64,000 nucleotides of DNA, from NCBI GenBank assembly GCA_043228905.1, contig JBHGNT010000010.1, positions 12,090,001 to 12,154,000 of the forward strand. The letters are read 5' to 3'. This document shows positions 52,155-64,000 of this stretch, piece by piece. The DNA comes from Azolla caroliniana (lineage: Eukaryota > Plantae > Polypodiophyta). The translations under genes and the position numbers were made by a program. Under the pieces are notes generated by a model. That model did no database searches. It was not told the origin of the DNA and worked only from the letters and a program-made list of their open reading frames with translations. Numbering within the stretch: the first letter of the stretch is position 1; each line of letters begins with the position of its first letter.

Positions 52155-53840
52155 TCACCTAATGCTAGATGATGCAGATGCATTGCCCCCTTCTAAAGAG
52201 CTTGTTCGCCCACCATCCTTTGCTACTTCACTTGTTGAAGCTGTTTCATTCAAAGTGATGCTAGCCATATCTTTCATTAGTCCCGCAATTGAATCTGATG
52301 GAGAATAGCGAGACCCAGCATTAGATTCACTAAACTGCTGCATTTGGGCAGCAAAATCTGATGGCAGAGATGAATGTCGGTGTATGTTCCGCCGCTGTAA
52401 CTGTTGTTTATGCTTCTGCTGCTGGTGGAGCACTTGAAACTCGCTCATTTTCTGTAGCCTTCTCACATCATTTATCAAAGTCTCATTTTCAGCTGCAAAT
52501 GTTCACAATTCAACCAATGTTTAAAAAAACATAAAAGTTGTCGCATAAAATTAAAGGTCTTTATTGGATGTCCACTTACAATCCTTAATGTTTTTCTCTT
52601 GCAGACAGAATGTGATTCGCTGCTTCAATGCACTGTTGTCCATGTCCAAAATGGCCTGCTGATGCTGGATATAAAGCATCTGTGTTGATAGTGAAGACAC
52701 ATCCATCTATACAAATACCCATCCAAGTATTAGATTAAAAGCACTATTCATGAGTATTTAACTTGCATATTTTAGCTGCATATGCAAGTTGACACTTCCA
52801 TCAATAACGCAAGTAGATATTGATCACCAGTTAAGTGGAAAAACAATAAAAGAGCATATTTTAAACACGATCAATTAATTTTTACTATTGATGGAGTGGC
52901 CATATAATCAATGTTTGAGATGACAAGTGCATCATTTATCTGAGGTGATTCACTTGAAAACATGCATTGTTTCTAGTAAAGCTAAACAAACCTGTAAACC
53001 ATTGACTATCCTTTCAAGCTCTGCAATATACTGAAGCTTCCTGACCCGAGAACGCTGAGCAGATTGCCGATTGGACAGAACTCTAAAAATTCAATCACCT
53101 AATTAGAGGTTCAAACAATATCATTATATGACTAGTCAATTCAAAGTTTGATGGTTATACCGCTTTGCCTGCTTGGGATCAGCACTCCCTTCATCATGGC
53201 TGCCTAATGATGTAGATCCTCCAATCACACTTTCATGTAAAAACACTTCTTTCACTCTTTCGTGCTTTGGCCAGAAGACCAATTGATCCTGTGAGTCTCC
53301 CACTACAGTTCTAGAAGTAATTAGCTTATTTGCATTAGATACATCAGATTTACAATTTACTGGTTGAGTTCTTGCACTGATTGGGAGGTTCTGTTGATTT
53401 TGCAGCTGCTGGATCTCATCCAAAAGGTCAGTCAATTGGTCACTGTCTTCATTACCCAATCTCCTACATGGTAGCGAAGCATTGCACTCTGATTCATCCT
53501 CTTCGGCAATGTTACTAAACCTATACAGACTCCTTGGATTTTCTAGATATGTAAATGAGTCACTGGCGCTTCGCCTGTGGGAACCTCTCCTACTAGGACC
53601 CTCAGAATCCTCCAGTAATTCATTTAACCATAATGGCTGTTCTTGGAGCTCTGTATTATGAGAAGGTGTTCGCATATGCTGAACTGGACTCACATTCATT
53701 TGATTGTTATAACAAGGAGCATCAATTTCTGATGGTGATGACCCCCGATTCACAGGAAATTTGGGAGGAAGGCGAGGGGGAGCATTGCATATGAATCCTC
53801 TTGAAATTCCCTGGTTTTCCCCTTCGAGTATCTGTGCCAT
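52155..53840 (-). CDS. bZIP transcription factor, group E-like; exons 53840-53161, 53082-52992, 52706-52580, 52492-52155
   Basis: PRLPPK, QPLWLNELL, RRGSHRRSASDSF motifs; basic region DPKQAKR|VLSNRQSAQRSRVRKLQYIAELER; canonical GT-AG junctions keep frame. Confidence 0.92.
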
Positions 53841-56462
53841 GAAGAATCACCAGACCTATGATAACAGAGTAATCGATCCTTATGATAATATAAAAGTCTG
53901 TTTGAAGATATTGAGGACTGCAAAGGTGAAATCATGCATATTAACAATACTAGTAATGAAGAGATTTTCAAAGCTTACAAGCATGAAGATTTAGCTGTTA
54001 CTCATAAAATGGTTCACTTGCCCAATGATGCGAGCTGATTATATTTTATGTGCAAAATCTAAACAGGAAAATAATATGGTCTTAAATGAGGTAAAAGGAC
54101 TTCAACTTTCGCACCCATAACTAAAATTTTCCTGACCATAAAACGCAATATAAAATAGCTCTTTATTAAAAACATACCTGGCTCTACTATGTAGAAGTAG
54201 AGGCAGATTTCACAGTTCACTCTTCTCTAGGCAAAATGTCAGAACCTGCAATAACTGAATTGCAGATCTTCAGATAAAATCACTCCCTTAACAAAAACAA
54301 GGGCTACAACACAGTTATGCAAAATCACCTCATTCGTAAAGTTAACAAAATTAAACTTAAATCATTATATACTATGTGCATGGTAAAAGTGATATGCAAC
54401 TAGAGCAAGTCAAATACAATATGTATGCTATTAGGTGGATCTACAAAAAATGGGGTTTCAGAAGGGAGATAGCGACAGTCTCCCAGCAGGATATGCAATT
54501 CCTAATAACTTGGATGATTACTAAATTAACAACCGGCAAAGTTCTCTTTATTTTGGAACAACTACAATGGAAGACTCATCCAGAGCAGGCATTTGATTCC
54601 ATTATTACACAACCTATTTGTGGCAAAAATGTTAACTCGGAAATTGTCGTATCTATCAATAATGGTGAATAGCTCCTAGAAAATATAGTTTGCGACACAA
54701 ACACAGAACAAAGGATTGTGAAGAAGTAGAGACAGAACAGGAGTTTTCTGAAAATCTGAAGGCAGAGATATAGAAACTAAAAACAATTATGAAATTGTAG
54801 TACAGTTCTAAAAATGAGATAATACAACTCCAAAAAAAACCTAAAAATATTAAAATACATAAAAATGTTTTTCTCATTTAATAGGAGCAACCTCAGGGCC
54901 TTTAATCCCAACATGGATCTATGGGTTTTAAGTTTCCAGCATGTCGGAAATCCATGCTAAATGTTTTACTATTTTGAAGCAGAATCAAGACAAAAACACA
55001 CTGTAAAATTCAAATCACATTAACATTTAATTACAATGATTATCCCAATTTCAGAGTTGAACTAATCTACATTTCCTATCATGATCAGAGTCACACATAC
55101 ATGGAGTTGGAAACTAATAGTAAGAAGAAAAGAATTAGGCATTTTAATTGACATGATTCATATGGAACGTTCAGGTCGCTGGGCTCATGCCTCCGCTGAA
55201 GGTGGACTGAGTAGTCCCAGTCAAGCATACATCCCCAAATGTATCTTTAGGAAGGGAATTGTCAAAGAGGGTTTGTAAATCAATCTGAGTGGTAGGCTAC
55301 TCGAGGAAAATTTTCATAGGATGGCGCTTGACCTTCAATATTGCCTGCATAGCTGCATGAGAACAGGCAATGAGAATCATTAACAGCATTGGCTATCCAT
55401 GGGAGAATCATAGTGGCACAAAGCTTCAAAGACAGCTATTTGAACAGAATTTAGCAAGATGTTTCTTTGAGTGGAGCATGGAAGAATTATGGATAGAATA
55501 TGTGTGCAGACCCCTTGTGTGTATCATAAAATTTAGACTTATTGATGGAGAAGTGGGTGCTCTACCATGTCACATGGTTTAGGAACTTAGGCTTGTCACG
55601 GCGTATACCCTTGAAACTTTACATGATCAAAATAGTCCAGGATTACAAATTTGCATTTATATGATTAAGTGAGAAATATGATAAGAAGATAAATTAGCTG
55701 AATTAAGTAGTTAACATTAAAACAGAACTTAATAGATACAGAGTTTGGGACTAGAAGGTAGGGAATCCCTACTCAAGTTGCAATGCCAAAGAGTAGGTGT
55801 AGATTTATATATCAACACCCATTATGTACTAGGAACCCTCGAACTGAGTTTCTATCACTTCTCCAAAGGGAAGGATGATGGAAAACTTGTTAGAAGTACT
55901 TCCAACTTCAGTCCATAAATAAATATGCCAACAGTAACATATTTTCAAAGCATCGGGACAGTTTTGTCCGGTCATGATATTTCTTATGCCCCTCGATATT
56001 ATTGTTATTATTTTAGCCTAGCTGATATAATTATCATCAGCATGCCATGTGAATTTTATGGTTAGAAATTGCACCTAGAAAAGTAAGCCCTCTATTTTGA
56101 TCAGTATGGCTTCCATTTTTCCAGCACTAAATTCCCCAGCCTCCCCACCTCCTCCTCATGAAGCCCATACTACCTGAAGCACGGGCTTCATCTCTTTTTG
56201 AAGGTCTCGTTAAAGCCTCAAATCATGTAGGAAAAGGTCCCAACTTTCAAACTGATCATTAAGGTCACCCTGTGGAGTGTTGCATGCCAAGAAAATACCC
56301 CGTGGAGTGTGACTCTGCTTCTCCAGTCACCACTCTTTGGATAGTGGACACTTGATTGCTGATACATGCATAACTTTACCTTTCCAATTTGAGATATTGA
56401 ACCCAAAGAAATGATGTCAAGAAAGTTCAAGATTCACCTTCTTCATCTATTTATTCTGGATC

Positions 56463-56717
56463 CTCGAATCGCACTCTCATGTTTGCAGCTATAAGAACAG
56501 GTTTATATTTTCAGTCTAGGACATGAATCGCGGATAGTGGAGGCAGTACATATGCAATATCAGACAATTTCATTTTCACCTACAAGAGTCTCGAATCACA
56601 CTCTCATGTTTGCAGCTATAAGAACAGGTTTATATTTTCAGTCTAGGACATGAATTGCGGATAGTGGAGGCAGTACATATGCAATATCAGACAATTTCAT
56701 TTTCACCTACAAGAGTC
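56463..56717. repeat. 127-bp near-perfect tandem duplication
   Basis: CTCGAATC(G/A)CACTCTCATGTTTGCAGC...CCTACAAGAGTC starts at 56463 and 56590. Confidence 0.92.
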
Positions 56718-58019
56718 CAGACAGACCATCACTTCAGGAATCTCTTCAGGTTTCAAAAGGTGGAGATTCTATCATCTTCTTTGTGGCTTCAGGGTCTTTC
56801 TAAAGCTTCGGATACTTTGAAAGACAATTCCATTCCTCGGTGCCCAAGACTTCAAATGTTTTCATCAGGGCTTGTAGAGTCTCTATCTATCGAGCATTCA
56901 TACGATGCATGCAAATGGGAGGTCTCATCATGGTTCAAGGCTTGATTTCTAGAGTGCACATCTGTTGTTAAATACAATTTCATGTAGTTCCAAAGTATCT
57001 CCAGATTGATGGTACAACACTTGTGCCCTTCATTTTAAGGGAGACCCTTCTCAAGCTCCAGACTGATATATAAAGTTAATGCATCAAGGCTGTTCCTCTT
57101 TGCAAATTACTTTCGGATTCCTTTGTAGAAGACAAACCTTGAAGTAGAAACTCCGGACACAATGTTGAGATGAACGATGAAAGCATGCATATGTCTCTCT
57201 CAAGAAACAAGTATATACAGATAAAAAACAATGTAATGAGTAGAGGTCACTTTCATTCCTATATACCAATCCAAAGCCAGAATGTTGAAAATCTATAGCC
57301 AACCCGAAGTTATATATACAAATAAACACTTTAACATATGCACAAAATATTCTATATGTATACATACAGTTAATGGCTTAAGATATTCATACACAATTAA
57401 TGACTTAACCTAGATATAACATATATATTGATCTATTGACCTAGATATAACATTTATACAATGACTTAACCTAGATACATATACACGTAACATTCTATCA
57501 ATTGACTTGACTTGACATATGCATGTTAATGCTCATATAGATGATTTCTATATATGTGCATGTTGACGTTCATAGTATTATTAGGATTCACCTGATTCAA
57601 AGATAGATCTGGAAACAGAAGTAGTCATAGAAGTCCCTTTTTCAGCAAAGAATGTTGTGGTTGAAGGAACAAATAATACCGAATTCAAACATTCCCAAAC
57701 ATTCCCAAACATCAGGGTTTCAGCGTTGGAAAGGAACGAAAAATGGGCTGTCTTATTCTTAACCTTCGTCTTCGTCTCCTTCTTATTCAGATTCCGTCTT
57801 GCTTCTCCTCAGTTTTCTGTCTCGCAGATCTGATGAATACAGAGCTAGGGCTAGGAGGATTTCCGAGGAATTCGACGGGAAAGATGGAGGAGGGAGGAGG
57901 AGTTTTGCAATTTCTTTTATTTGACAAGCCAATGTATGTAATGTAATGTACATATGTATGTATGTATGTATGTATGTATATGTTTGGCTCGTGACTATGT
58001 ACATATTTGCTACCAAATC

Positions 58020-58720
58020 GGAGTTCAAATACACCATATATACTTTGACCATTAAGATTTCACTTGGGATTTCAAATACACCATAGACACTTTGATTTCA
58101 CCGTATACACTTTGACAATTAGGATTTCACTTGGGATTTCAAATACACCATAGACACTCTTAGATATTATTCCTAATGTAAGCATGAAATAAGGACATGT
58201 AAGAGAGAGAGAGAGAGAGAGAGAAAGAAGGGTGTTGATCCACCTAACCACCCCCAAGCGAAGGGATCAAGACGGACTTGAGCCTTCCTTGATCAAAGTC
58301 CCATACCACTGCCATGGCATCGAGCCGTACTTGGTACTAGCACGCTCACTACAAGAGTTTGTTCACCTCAAGATCACAGTCTCGACGTTGTCGAATGATG
58401 TCACTGATGAGGGTAGCTAGGCCTCATATTTATAGCCAGACCTAAGCCCCCCAAGCAAGTTCACACTTGGCCCTTATGGGTTGTCTCAATTCCTAGGATT
58501 AAAAGTAATCCTCCCTTCTTTACATTCTCGATTAACCCTCACACTTTATCCTCATGTGTAGAATACTATGGTACAACTTACCACGAGATAAAGTCTATTC
58601 ATGCCTATAATATACACTTAGGATTACAAATACACCATATCACTTATGATTTTACCATATACACCATATTCATGTAGGATTTCAAATACGCCATATACAC
58701 AGGTGCACCATAGACACCAA
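58020..58720. repeat. Degenerate tandem repeat (GGATTTCAAATACACCATA units) interrupted by an LTR-like repeat at 58177-58612
   Basis: CAAATACACCATA recurs on both sides of the insertion; the insertion matches 23468-23895. Confidence 0.7.
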
Positions 58721-58736
58721 ATATATTGCTTCTTCA

Positions 58737-61700
58737 CTTCTGCATATTAACTTTTACATGGTATCAGAGCACGAGGGTTGAGAATACTCTACTGCCGACG
58801 GGTGACGCTCACAGATTTTTGCCACAAGTACCACGGCTTGGACGTTACAGCTCCAGCAAGAACTCCACAGTATCCGACTAAGGGACATGTCAGTCACTGA
58901 CTACACCACCAAGATCAAGGAGATATGCGACACGTTCCAGTCCATCAACGTGACGGTGGACAAAGACGAGATGGTCCAGATCTGCCTCAGTGGTCTAACA
59001 CACCAGTACAGGCCAATCTGGACGACAAATTGCATCCGGGAGAAGCCATTGTCCTTCTTCGACCTGCAATCGATGCTCATGGTCGAAGAAAACCACGTGA
59101 GTGGGTCAAGGGCCACTCAATTTGATAGTTGGATGTTGTACACAGAGGCGGATTGGCCCCGTGGGCGTGGAGGATGAGGTGGGTTGGCACACAATAGCAA
59201 CGGCCGGCAAGAGCAAAATTGGAGGCACAGAGATAGTGCTGACAGCAGTTCCGGACCCTCCACAAGTAGGGGGATTCAAAGTGGCGCAGGAAACTGGTAA
59301 TCAAAGACCGAAACGAAATGTTGGTACTGTGGCAGGAAGGGCCACAAAGAAAGAGAGTGCTAGGAGAAGCGTGCCGATTCGGATAAATCCGGATCCGGCA
59401 AGACCGGACAAGGGAACCAGCAAAGCTTGCACTACCCTAAAGGATCGAAAGGATACGGACCGGAAAGACCGGAAAAGGGCCAGCATTTGTGATGAAACAC
59501 AGGCGAACTCATTGAAGAAGACCACTTCCAGATTGGAGGAAGTGTGGTACGTTGACTCCGGAGCATCTAACCACATGACAAGCCACGAAGAGTGGTTCTC
59601 ATTTCTGAAAAAGTCGAAGCAACCAGGAGTTGTCGAAACCAAAGACGACATTCCTCACTCGATTGAACATGTCGGAGAAGTTCCCCTCAGCCATGTCGGA
59701 CAGAGAGGGAAGTTTATGAACATGTTGCACGTTCCGACATTTACGAAGAACTTGGTGCCGGTCGGACATATCGTTGACCTGGGAATGTGGGAGGATGTTC
59801 GTCCTCGACACCAATGACGTAGGCACCACCTTATTTGCAAAAGGATAGAAAGTCGAGTCGGATATTGACTTGTGGCACGAGCGGATTGGCCATGTCAACT
59901 ATCAACAGCTTCAAGACCTACAATTGAAACAAGTTGTTTTCGGATTGCCAAAATTCAATGTCAGAAGGCCCAAATTTGTGAAGCTTGCCAGTTTGGGAAG
60001 CAACATCGGCTTCCATTTCTCACCAAAAGAAACTGGGGCCGTAACAAGCTCGACTTGATACATTCGGATGTATGGGTACTGACACAAAACGTTAGTCTTG
60101 GCAGGAGCCGATATTTCATCTCCTTCATCGACGACTACAACTGACACACGTGGATCTATCTCATTGAGAAGAAAAGCGAAGTCTTCGACTGTTTCTAGAA
60201 CCTACAAAGCCTTGTCGAATGGGAAATGGAGAGAAAGATCAAGTGCCTGCGATCAAATGGCGGAAAAGAATGTTTTTCCAGCCAATTCAACATTTATCTG
60301 CAGCAGAAAGGAATTCGGAGGGAATTTAGTTGTGGATACACACTGGAACAAAACGGTGTGGCTGACAAACCGGTCAATTGTGGAGGTTGCACGGGCAATG
60401 TTGGAAGAGAAGAGCATGCCCAAGTTCTACTGGGCCGAAGCGGTCCGAACAGCCGTCTACATCCAAAACCGGATCGGGGATAAGCTATATTTCGGGCAGA
60501 AGCTAAATTTAAGGCATCTTAGGATATTCGGTAGCATTGCCTATGTGCATGTGCTGGATGAGAAGAGGAGGAAGTTGGACCCGAAGTCGGAGAAGTGCAT
60601 ATTGGTCGGCCACTCTCATGAGTAGAAGGGGTACAAGTGCCACAACCCCCGGATGAATGTCGAGTTTGACGAATCGACATCCTGGTACTCTCTGCCGACT
60701 CCGACCCTGACTTCGACCCAATTCCGAAAGTTGAGGCCAGTGAGCCCGAAGCGATCGGGGCAGAAGAGGAAGGAAGAAGGATTTGGTACTCTAGATGAGA
60801 GTTTGATCTCATTTCAGCTGAGCGGACCGAATAGAGAGCTAAGTCAAAAGGACGAGCAAGAGGATGAGCCAGGGAGCAACGAAGACTCAGTCGTGCTTTC
60901 CCCGCATAAAAAAAACCAAGGATACGGTTCACACGCAAAGAGAAAGGGAAGAAGAAGATGCCAGAGTATGACACCGACAAAGAAGAGTCAGATTAGAGTG
61001 AGACCGACTTCGGAAAGAACGAAGAAGGACCTCCAGGAACGAAGTTTGAACCGACCAAGAGGGCCTTAAAATTGGCTAACAAGAAGTTACGTCGATCAAC
61101 CTACTAGAAGAACCCCGTCAAACGGTATGGGTATAACGAGTACATGGCATATCACTAGGCGTACATGACGAAAGTGGCGGAGGTGCGTGCGCCGGAGAGC
61201 TATGCAGAGGCAACAAAGGACGCGAATTGGAGTGCCGCAATGGAGGAAGAGATGCACATGCTAACAACGAATGAGACGTGGGACTTGGTGGACGTCTCGA
61301 CAAGAGTGAAGCCAATCGGTTGCCGGTGGGTATACAAGGTCAAATACAACACTGATGGCTCTGTCAACTAGTACAAAGCCCGGTAGGTGGCAAAAGGCTA
61401 TGCACAACACGTAATCGATTATGACGAGACCTTCACGCCGGTTGCGAAGATGACGACCGTCCGTGTCTTACTTGCAGTGGCAGCAGCGAAGGGGTGACAT
61501 CTATATCAAATGGATGTGAAAAATGCGTTCCTACAAGGTGATCTTGTGGAATCGGTATATATGGTCCAACCCCCTAGATTTCAGTGCGGATGAACACATC
61601 GACCGTTTGCCAAATGAAGAAGTCCGTTTACGAACTCAAGCAAGCCCCGCATGCTTGGAACATGAAAATCATGCAACGACTACGTCGGATGGGGTTTGCC

Positions 61701-63709
61701 GTGTCGAAGTTGGACTCTTCACTTTTCATCCGGCAAGGTCGGAATGGGCCGGAAAGCATTTTGCTTTATGTTGATGAGTTAGTCATCGTTGGTGCCGACC
61801 TGGATGAAATTTACCATATCAAGTTCGATCTTGGGGACCTTCATTACTTCCTCGAGATCAAAATGATCTGCACCTCGGAAGGCATACTGCTTAGTCAACA
61901 CCACTATGTGTTGAGTATGCTCTTCAAATTCGGTATGACGGCATGCAAGTCCGTCTCAACCCCTCTGGATAGGAATGTGAAGCTCCTCCCTGACTCTAGA
62001 ACGACATGCGACCCGACATGATTCCGACAAATAGTCGGAAGCCTCATATATCTAACCATCACCCGACCGGACCTCAGCTATCCGATCAGACTGATTAGTC
62101 AATTCATGGCGCATCCAACCGTGGAGCACCTTCAGTGTGCGCTCCGAATACTCAGGTACATCAATGGCACTAAGGACAAGGGGTTGCAATATCGAACCAG
62201 TGTAGCCGAACAGCTTGTCGGCTACATGGATGCCGATTGGGTTGGAATGCAGGCGACCGTAGGTCTACATCTGGATATGTGTTTTCACTAGGAAGCACCA
62301 TGGTCGCCTAGAGGAGTAAGAAGTAGCCGACATTAGCACTGACGAGCACCAAGGCCGAGTACCGAGGAGCGGTTGTCGCGACATGCGAAGCTATATGGCT
62401 CAAGAGGCTCCTTAAAGGATCTGTAGTTGGAGGTGTCTGATCCGACGACGATCTACTGCTACAACCTCAACAGCATCCAGCTGGCGAAGAACCCCATTTT
62501 TCATGCCCGGACCAAGCACATTGAGGTGCACTACCATTTTGTCTATGAGCGTGTCCTCTCCGGTGAAGTCGAACTTGTGTATGTTCCGACGGATTACAGA
62601 CTGCCAACATCTTCACCAAACCTCTCGCCCTAGACAAATTGCAACATTTTTTGGAGATGGTTGGTCTTCAGCATCTCGACATGCCGCACTTGAGGGGGAG
62701 AAAGGAGGACAAGGAGGAAACTGGAACAGGAACTAGAAAGTCAAGTAATGGCATCAGACAAGTAGCTGGAGAGAAGGAAACAACCCAAACAAAGGGAGAC
62801 AAGAAGAAGTCGGAACAAAGGGAAACTTAGCCGGGTCGACTGAAGAAGTCGGAACAAGCGACGACGGCGGCAGAGTCAAGAAGGAAAGAGTCGATCGGAA
62901 GGAGAAGGCCAAGACCCGGACTTAGTCTGATGTGGTAAAGGGCCTGAAGATTGAGGATGAATTGGAGACAACCAATTTGGACAAGAGCTGGAACGAATCA
63001 GAGTCACCCAATTCAGAAGAGGTGCTTGATCCGGAGGAGCCGGATCAACTGAAGGCCAAATGAATGAGGGAGCGGAAGTCGACACCGACACAAAGGAACC
63101 AATGGGTCGAGATGCGACGGAGTCGCAACAACAAAGGAGCTGAGATGGGCCTTATGAGCAGACAAGCCGATCGAGAAGGTTAAGGTGCGCGGGACTGGAC
63201 GGGTCGTGGAAAGCGGAACCGGACGGGTCAAGGAGCACGAGCAAGGTGGGAATATGCTAAGAGGAGCCAGAGGTGAGGACCGGCAGACACACATAGCGAT
63301 CCGACCTCAAGTTGAGCTTGAGGGGGAGTGTTGAGCAAGCAAGCTCAACCAGATCCGGAACGGAGAATCAGATAGGTGTATGGATATATCGGTATCTGGA
63401 ACCTAGAGCCGGACCGGAGAATTGGATCGTACTCCGGAATAGTGAGAACCGGTAGGTTGTTGGAGCCTACGGTCCGAGCCTAGTACGTAGGCATATTCCT
63501 TGGAGTTAGTGTCAGTCGCTCATATGAGCATTGAAGTACATGTCAGTACTTCTATCAGTCCTTTTAAGGACTTGTATAAAAAGTGTTCTATGGGACGTTT
63601 GTATGTACAAAGTGTTATTAGTTTGAATTAAGTTTATGTTATGATCTATCCCTACTGTCAGTATTCGGTTGAGCCTATTTATCTAAGCTTCCACATATTA
63701 ACTTTTACA
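58737..63709 (+). mobile_element. Decayed Ty1/copia element with truncated 5' LTR and complete 3' LTR (63329-63709)
   Basis: About 20 bp of 5' LTR, then PBS at 58759; gag, WYVDSGASNHMT, integrase, RT and RNase H fragments; PPT GAGGGGGAG before TGTTGAGC. Confidence 0.9.
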
Positions 63710-64000
63710 AAAGTTGTGTAAGCATAGTATTCCATTGGTTAAACACCCTTGTCCTCAATTGTCTATGATATGATTGGCGAGATCTATTGTATTTCAGTTC
63801 AAAATAAAAAATATGCTTTATTGACCTTTCCATTTCATTGTTGCCGAAGAATGATGTACCACTCACTTTTCCTCGAGCCGAATGCTCCTCTTCCTCTATC
63901 TTCAGTCCTCTTGGAAGCACTACATTAGGTTCAGGTACCTTCCACAAATGTGCCTCCATCTCCATTTTCTTATGAAACCGTGGGTTTCTCAAATGACTTT

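Noticed and set aside
55080-57100. LINE or gypsy remnant upstream of the bZIP coding region
   Set aside because: No diagnostic motif could be read with confidence.
4400-63709. One giant LTR element bounded by the similar LTRs at 4400 and 63329
   Set aside because: Flanks CTCTT and AAAGT do not match; the right element has its own PBS at 58759; host genes lie between.
63705-63992. 95-aa ORF at the window edge
   Set aside because: No recognisable motif and context is truncated.

Overview
AT-rich eukaryotic land-plant nuclear DNA. Spliceosomal introns, plant gene families, dense Ty1/copia LTR retrotransposons and many microsatellites are visible; a large-genome seed-free plant such as a fern is a plausible guess only. 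Three apparently intact host genes are present: a 3-exon DUF3593 membrane protein (7060-8709 +, with an 18-nt microexon), a 3-exon DUF1295/steroid-5-alpha-reductase-like protein (19149-36087 -, with a 15.8-kb intron full of nested retroelements) and a group-E-like bZIP factor (52155-53840 -). The rest is mostly decayed or nested copia elements, solo LTRs, one bounded hAT DNA transposon and a 5'-truncated LINE. The most unusual element is at the left end (about 155-3386 +): a decayed intron-containing gene encoding a ParB/Sulfiredoxin-like domain fused to a bacterial-type beta-class amino (N6-adenine/N4-cytosine) DNA methyltransferase. All domain calls are by motif recognition only; no searches were run.
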